Origin: an uncultured delta proteobacterium
GTDB taxonomy: Bacteria; Desulfobacterota; Syntrophia; Syntrophales; UBA5619
Length of the DNA: 64,000 nucleotides
Assembly (NCBI GenBank): GCA_963817385.1
Contig: CAWFOM010000003.1
Coordinates: 1 to 64,000 of the forward strand
Reading direction: 5' to 3'
Shown: piece by piece, positions 59,127 to 64,000 of the stretch
Position numbering within the stretch: the first letter of the stretch is position 1
How the letters are laid out: each line of letters starts with the position of its first letter
Notes under the pieces: model-generated
What the model saw: the letters and a program-made list of their open reading frames with translations, nothing else
Told to the model about the DNA's origin: nothing
Databases searched by the model: none
Made by a program: the position numbers and the translations under genes

Positions 59127-60113
59127 TTACTGCTTGACCAGATCGCGCAACTCGGGGATCACCCACAACGGCGGCCGGCCCGCGACTATCCGTTGAATGT
59201 TGGCGTACGCGTTGCGGATCCGTTTGGGCCAACTGTCCACGGTCGGGCCGGCGCTGTGAGGAGTGATGGTCACGTTCTGGAGCAACAACAGCGGGTAATT
59301 GGCGGGCGGCGGCTCCTGCTCCAGCGTATCAAGACCGGCGCCGGCGATGATCCCTTCATGCAGTGCCTTGTACAGGGCTTCCCCATCCACCACCCCGCCC
59401 CGGCAGGTATTGATCAGCACGGCCGATCTCTTCATTGCACGCAACTGCTCGACGCCTATCATGTGGTGCGTCTCGGGTGATAGCTGGACGTGAAGACTGA
59501 GGATATCCGCCGAGCGCAGAAGTTCGGGGAACTCGACGTACTGAATTCCCAGTGACTCCTCCGTGGCCGGATCAGGCCTGATCACGTCATAATACTTCAA
59601 CGTTACCCCGAACCCCCGCAGCCTTTTGGCCACTTCGCGGCCGATCATACCGAGCCCGACCAGCCCTACCGTCTTTCCCTCCAATTCGTAAAGCCCCTGC
59701 GAGCTGGTGGTGGCGGAGGCCCACTTCCCAGCCTTGACCTGCGTACACAGCTCGCAGACTCTCTTGTAGGCAGCCAGCATCAGCATGATGGCGTGCTCGG
59801 CAACGGCGACGGCATTGGCGCCGCCGTTGGTGGCCACGGGCACCCGAAGTTCCCGCATGGCGGCAATGTCCACCTTGTCGTAGCCGGCGCTGAGCAGTTG
59901 GATTAGCTTGAGGCGGCCCATAGTGCTCGTCACGTGAGATGCAAGAGGCCGGGTGATGAACCCCATCATCACGTCAGTGGAAGCGAGCGCCTTGATCAGA
60001 TCGTCATCCTTCGCCTCCGGACCGACCACCTCCAACTCGAATTCAGGGGGCAACAAGGAATGAGCTAACTGAAGCCCCTCTTCGGCGAGGCGCGGATACA
60101 AGAGGATCTTCAT
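59127..60113 (-). CDS. D-isomer-specific 2-hydroxyacid dehydrogenase
   Basis: AGYDKVD, VAEHA, GLVGLGMIG, INTCRG, EQEP, TPHSAG. Confidence 0.92.
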   Translation of the reverse strand: MKILLYPRLAEEGLQLAHSLLPPEFELEVVGPEAKDDDLIKALASTDVMMGFITRPLASHVTSTMGRLKLIQLLSAGYDKVDIAAMRELRVPVATNGGANAVAVAEHAIMLMLAAYKRVCELCTQVKAGKWASATTSSQGLYELEGKTVGLVGLGMIGREVAKRLRGFGVTLKYYDVIRPDPATEESLGIQYVEFPELLRSADILSLHVQLSPETHHMIGVEQLRAMKRSAVLINTCRGGVVDGEALYKALHEGIIAGAGLDTLEQEPPPANYPLLLLQNVTITPHSAGPTVDSWPKRIRNAYANIQRIVAGRPPLWVIPELRDLVKQ

Positions 60114-60160
60114 CGTTATCAATCTCCGTTCACTGCGCCGCTCTGATACCGGGACCGCGA

Positions 60161-61030
60161 TCAGCTTTGCATTCCCCATCTCCGCACGGTGCGCAGCTCG
60201 ATGGTGCGGAAGATGATGTTTTCCACAAAGAGGCCCAACAGAATCACGCTGAACAGGCCGGCGAACACATTGGCGATTTCCAACTGATTCTTGTTCTCAT
60301 AAATGAACCAGCCGAGACCTCCGGAGCCGGAGGAGACGCCGAACACCAATTCGGCCGCAATCAGCGTGCGCCAGGCAAAGGCCCAGCCGATCTTGAGTCC
60401 GGTGAGGATGCTGGGGAAGGCCGCCGGGATGAGGATCTTCGCCACATAGGATAAGCCGGTCAGTCCGCAATTGCGGCCCACCATGCGCAGGGTGTCCGAC
60501 ACCGACATGAAGCCCGAGTGTGTGTTGAGCGCCACCGGCCACAGCACGGAGTGAATCATCACGAACACCAGGCTGCCGTTGCCGAGGCCGAACCAAATCA
60601 GCGCGAGCGGCAGCAGTGCGATGGCGGGCAGTGGGTTGAACATCGAGGTGAGCGTCTCGAGTAAATCCGTGCCGACGCGCGAGGTGATGGCAAGCACGGT
60701 GAGGATTGCAGCCAAGGATAGGCCCGCGGCATAGCCCATCAGCAGGAGCCGGATAGAGTACCACGCCTTGCCGGGCAGGCCGCCGGTTGCGATTGCGTCC
60801 CAGAACGCCTGCACGGTGGCGCCGAAGGTCGGGACCAACAGCGGGTTGTTGAGCAGTGTGGCGTAGATCTGCCAGATGAACGCCAGCACGGCGAGTAACG
60901 CGGCTTTCCGCAGGAAACCATTATTGTAGGCCTTCTCCCAGACGGTGAGGGGCTGCTTAATCACGCCTAAGGTACTCATGTCGAGCGGCTTACGGTAGAT
61001 GTTCGGCCTCTGTACCGGCTGCTCAGCCAT
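60161..61030 (-). CDS. NitT/TauT ABC transporter permease
   Basis: NPLPAIALLPL, GLKIGWAFAWRTLIAAEL. Confidence 0.9.
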   Translation of the reverse strand: MAEQPVQRPNIYRKPLDMSTLGVIKQPLTVWEKAYNNGFLRKAALLAVLAFIWQIYATLLNNPLLVPTFGATVQAFWDAIATGGLPGKAWYSIRLLLMGYAAGLSLAAILTVLAITSRVGTDLLETLTSMFNPLPAIALLPLALIWFGLGNGSLVFVMIHSVLWPVALNTHSGFMSVSDTLRMVGRNCGLTGLSYVAKILIPAAFPSILTGLKIGWAFAWRTLIAAELVFGVSSGSGGLGWFIYENKNQLEIANVFAGLFSVILLGLFVENIIFRTIELRTVRRWGMQS

Positions 61031-61808
61031 GCGCGGCCTCCTTTACTTCCACCGCGTCGGCGAAGAGCGTTTCATGGATGTAGTTCTCCAGGTCCTTGCA
61101 CCGTTGCGAATCGGGCTCTTCGCGCACCGCAACGCCGTCAACCTCGGCCTTGACTTGTCCCGGATGCGGCGTCAGCAGCAGGATGCGGCTGCCGATCAGG
61201 ACCGCCTCCGGGATCGAGTGGGTGACGAACAGCACCGTAAACCGGGTGTCGTTCCAGAGCTGCAGCAGTTCCTCCTGCATTTTTCGCCGCGTCAGCGCGT
61301 CCAGAGCGGCAAACGGCTCATCCATGAGCAGAATGTCGGGTTCCATCGCCATGCCGCGCGCGATTGCCACTCGCTGCTTCATGCCGCCGGAGAGCGTATG
61401 CGGATAGCTGTCGGCAAACTTGGCAAGGTTCACCTTCCCGATGTAGTGCATTGCCCTGTCCTCGGCGGCGCGGCCGGACAGCTTGCCGCTTGTCGTCAGC
61501 GCGAACATCACGTTCTGCTTCACGGTCTTCCACGGCAGCAGTTGGTTGAACTCCTGGAACACCATCATGCGGTCCGGACCGGGCCTATCGATCACCTTGC
61601 CCTTCAGGCGTATCTCCCCCTCGACCGGCTTCATGTAGCCGCCCACCGCCTTGAGCAGGGTCGATTTACCGCATCCCGAAGGACCGAGGAGCACGAAGCG
61701 GTCGGAACAGAGCACCTCGAAATCAACGCGATAGGTGGCGGTGACGAGATGGTCGCGCGTCTTATACTGCAGGGTGACGCCGCGGACATCGAGGAGAGGT
61801 ATGGCCAT
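61023..61808 (-). CDS. NitT/TauT ABC transporter ATPase
   Basis: GPSGCGKST, LSGGMKQR, MDEPFAALD; likely start MAIPLL. Confidence 0.92.
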   Translation of the reverse strand: MAIPLLDVRGVTLQYKTRDHLVTATYRVDFEVLCSDRFVLLGPSGCGKSTLLKAVGGYMKPVEGEIRLKGKVIDRPGPDRMMVFQEFNQLLPWKTVKQNVMFALTTSGKLSGRAAEDRAMHYIGKVNLAKFADSYPHTLSGGMKQRVAIARGMAMEPDILLMDEPFAALDALTRRKMQEELLQLWNDTRFTVLFVTHSIPEAVLIGSRILLLTPHPGQVKAEVDGVAVREEPDSQRCKDLENYIHETLFADAVEVKEAAHG

Positions 61809-61819
61809 CACGCGTTCCC

Positions 61820-62824
61820 TCAACTGCCGGGCATGATGTGTGCGTTGGGGAAGAACATGTCCTTCCATGAGGAGGGCTTGGTCTTGATGGTTCCAATTTT
61901 GTACATGAAGTCGACTATTTTCATGATGTTCCCGGGAACGAGCGAGTACTCGATAGTCGGATCGTTCATGATTTTCAAGATGCCATCGACCCCGCTCTTG
62001 TCCTTGGTCACCTTGACGTAGATCTCGGCGGCGGCCCGTTTGTCGCGATTGATGAAGTCGGTGGCCTCCTGCAAGGCGGCCATGACGGCGGCGTAGGTCT
62101 TGGGATTGCCCTGCTGGAACTTGGTGCTCGCGGCAACCACGTTGAACGAAATCGGACCGCCGAGGATCTCGGTCGAGCTGATCAGCTTGCGGATGCCGGC
62201 TTTCTCCAGTTCCTTCTGGATGAAGGGTACGGACGTGAAATGGTTGTTGATTTCGCCGCCGCCCGAGAGGAGCGCGACCATGCCGTCCGGGTGGGTCATC
62301 GAAACGGTGAGCGGGTCAAGCTTGTTCAAGTTGGCATCGCCGAATTCCTTTGCCGCCCACATTTGCAACAGGACGGCCTGCTGCGACACTTTCACCGCCG
62401 GCAGCGCGATCTTGTCCTTCTCGGTGAAGTCGCGGATACCCTTGATATTGGGGCTGCGGGTGTTGAGCTGCAGCGGCAGGAAGTTGAAGCCGGAGGCTGC
62501 CTTCACCTGGCCGTTGGTCTTGGACCAGATGACGGCGATGCCCGGGATGCCGAGGCAGACGAAGTCGACGCTACCCGACAGCAGCGCGTCGTTCATCACA
62601 TCGCTGGAGCGAAAAGTCACCCAGTTCACCTTGTCCACGCCCAGTCCCATGGCACGAGCGTGCTTCTCGACCATCTGCCGGTCCTCCATGATCATCATCT
62701 GCAGGTAGCCGAGCCCATACTGCTTGGCGATGGTTATTTCCTTTTGTTCAGCGCTTGCGCGGATTGACCCGAAGGTTAAAACAGTGATGGTAACGAGCAG
62801 GGCGAGAGATGCGGTGCGTTTCAT
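61820..62824 (-). CDS. NitT/TauT (SsuA-like) ABC substrate-binding protein
   Basis: Signal peptide, QYGLGY, MNDALLSG, IALPAVKVS, HPDG. Confidence 0.88.
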   Translation of the reverse strand: MKRTASLALLVTITVLTFGSIRASAEQKEITIAKQYGLGYLQMMIMEDRQMVEKHARAMGLGVDKVNWVTFRSSDVMNDALLSGSVDFVCLGIPGIAVIWSKTNGQVKAASGFNFLPLQLNTRSPNIKGIRDFTEKDKIALPAVKVSQQAVLLQMWAAKEFGDANLNKLDPLTVSMTHPDGMVALLSGGGEINNHFTSVPFIQKELEKAGIRKLISSTEILGGPISFNVVAASTKFQQGNPKTYAAVMAALQEATDFINRDKRAAAEIYVKVTKDKSGVDGILKIMNDPTIEYSLVPGNIMKIVDFMYKIGTIKTKPSSWKDMFFPNAHIMPGS

Positions 62825-62967
62825 AGCCTACCTCCTGTGGTTCGTTAATGGATAAGAACGACCTTGTTATACATAGTCTTCCTACGCGTAATGTAGTTTA
62901 GGCGCTTGTTTTGATAAGGCATGGTTTTTTCACGGCGGGAGTATATGAAGATTGATCTTGTGTGTCA

Positions 62968-62993
62968 ATTGAATTATGAACATTGAATTATGA
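62968..62993. promoter_or_regulatory. Direct repeat ATTGAATTATGA x2 in a divergent promoter region
   Basis: Two perfect 12-bp copies with a 14-bp period, between the ABC operon and the dehydrogenase. Confidence 0.45.
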
Positions 62994-63195
62994 TCACATG
63001 GATGCCATAAACCCCTTGACAAAATTCATCCCTAAAGACATTCTGCGTGCAAAATTCATTATGGGGATCAGCCGAACCCCTTAGTGATCGCTCTCAAGAA
63101 ACCGGAACAGGGGCACTTGATTCGCGTCGTACGGACGAAGCTGAGGAAGGCCGCAGGCGGGAAAAGTCGGCGGGCAGGGCAATCGAGGGAAAACC

Positions 63196-64000
63196 ATGCA
63201 GAACACTGAATCGGTAAAAACACTGCCGCCCGAATTGAACCAACCGTCCCGGTCGTCCGGCCGACGGGGGGAGTACGACACGGAAGCCGGCGCCGCCGGG
63301 GAAATTTCTCGGAACATCGCTGTTTTGCCCGGCGACGGCATTGGACCGGAGGTCATTGGCGCCACGCTTGCCGTACTGAAGACGTTGGAGGGCAAGTTGA
63401 AGAAAGTCCGCTTTGCTTTCCGTGAACATTCCGCCGGCGCCGCGGAATATCTCCGGCATGGCGACCCATTGCCGGCGGAAGTGTTTGCGGCTTGTCGCCA
63501 GGCGGACGCGGTGCTGCTGGGAGCGATGGGCCTGCCCAGCGTCCGTTGGCCCGATGGGCGTGAGCTCTCACCGCAGCTTGACCTGCGCGAGCGACTCGAT
63601 CTCTATGCCGGCCTCCGGCCCATCCGGCTCTACCACGCACAGGACACCCCGCTGAAGCGGTATGGCGCGGGGGAGATTGATCTGGTTATCGTGCGCGAAA
63701 ATTGCGAAGGGTTGTTCTCTGCCCGGCTCATCAAATCCGATCCGGCCAGCGGCGAAGTCCGCGATGTGATGCGTATCACGCGTCGGGGCGCCGAGCGCGT
63801 CTGCCGGGCGGCGTTTAAACTGGCGGGCCGGCGCCGTAAAAAGTGCACCTTGGTGGACAAGGCCAACGTCCTGCCTTCCATGGTATTCTTCCGCTCCGTA
63901 TTCGACGATGTCGCGCGGGAATACCCCGAGGTTGAAGCCTCACACGTCTATGTGGATGCGATGGCCTTGTACTTATTGCAGAAACCACACGCGTTCGATG
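63196..64000 (+). CDS. Isocitrate/isopropylmalate/tartrate dehydrogenase family protein (runs off the window edge; not in ORF track)
   Basis: Manual translation: NIAVLPGDGIGPEV, LRERLDLYAGLRP, IVRENCEG, VDKANVL, YVDAMA. Confidence 0.9.
   Translation, partial: MQNTESVKTLPPELNQPSRSSGRRGEYDTEAGAAGEISRNIAVLPGDGIGPEVIGATLAVLKTLEGKLKKVRFAFREHSAGAAEYLRHGDPLPAEVFAACRQADAVLLGAMGLPSVRWPDGRELSPQLDLRERLDLYAGLRPIRLYHAQDTPLKRYGAGEIDLVIVRENCEGLFSARLIKSDPASGEVRDVMRITRRGAERVCRAAFKLAGRRRKKCTLVDKANVLPSMVFFRSVFDDVAREYPEVEASHVYVDAMALYLLQKPHAFD

Overview
This 64 kb window is mostly GC-rich bacterial chromosome. Gene content and a selenoprotein suggest an anaerobic Desulfobacterota (deltaproteobacterium), which is an inference. 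Housekeeping blocks are mtnA-gatCAB-HDAC, tatB/A-tatC-PBP1A, kefC/kefF, an attenuator-controlled ilvBNC operon, and an LPS cluster (acyltransferase, kdsB, hldD, kdnA/kdnB-like). They alternate with accessory transport and catabolic modules: TRAP plus a GGT-family hydrolase, an AT-richer peptide ABC/MFS block, corrinoid methyltransferase plus opine dehydrogenase, and a NitT/TauT ABC transporter. The most notable region is a five-gene candidate anti-phage island at 34.7-45.2 kb: PLD-nuclease/SNF2-helicase fusion, large N6-adenine methyltransferase, Fic-wHTH, short DprA/SLOG protein and DUF262/HNH protein. It matches no canonical system I can identify, and the ORF track fragments it because of clustered single-base indels. 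Other hidden features are a UGA-readthrough UxxC selenoprotein with a SECIS-like hairpin, an Ile/Leu/Val leader peptide, and a ~190-nt structured repeat present twice with compensatory stem changes. I saw no rRNA, tRNA, CRISPR array, integrase or transposase. All calls come from reading motifs by eye; no searches were run.
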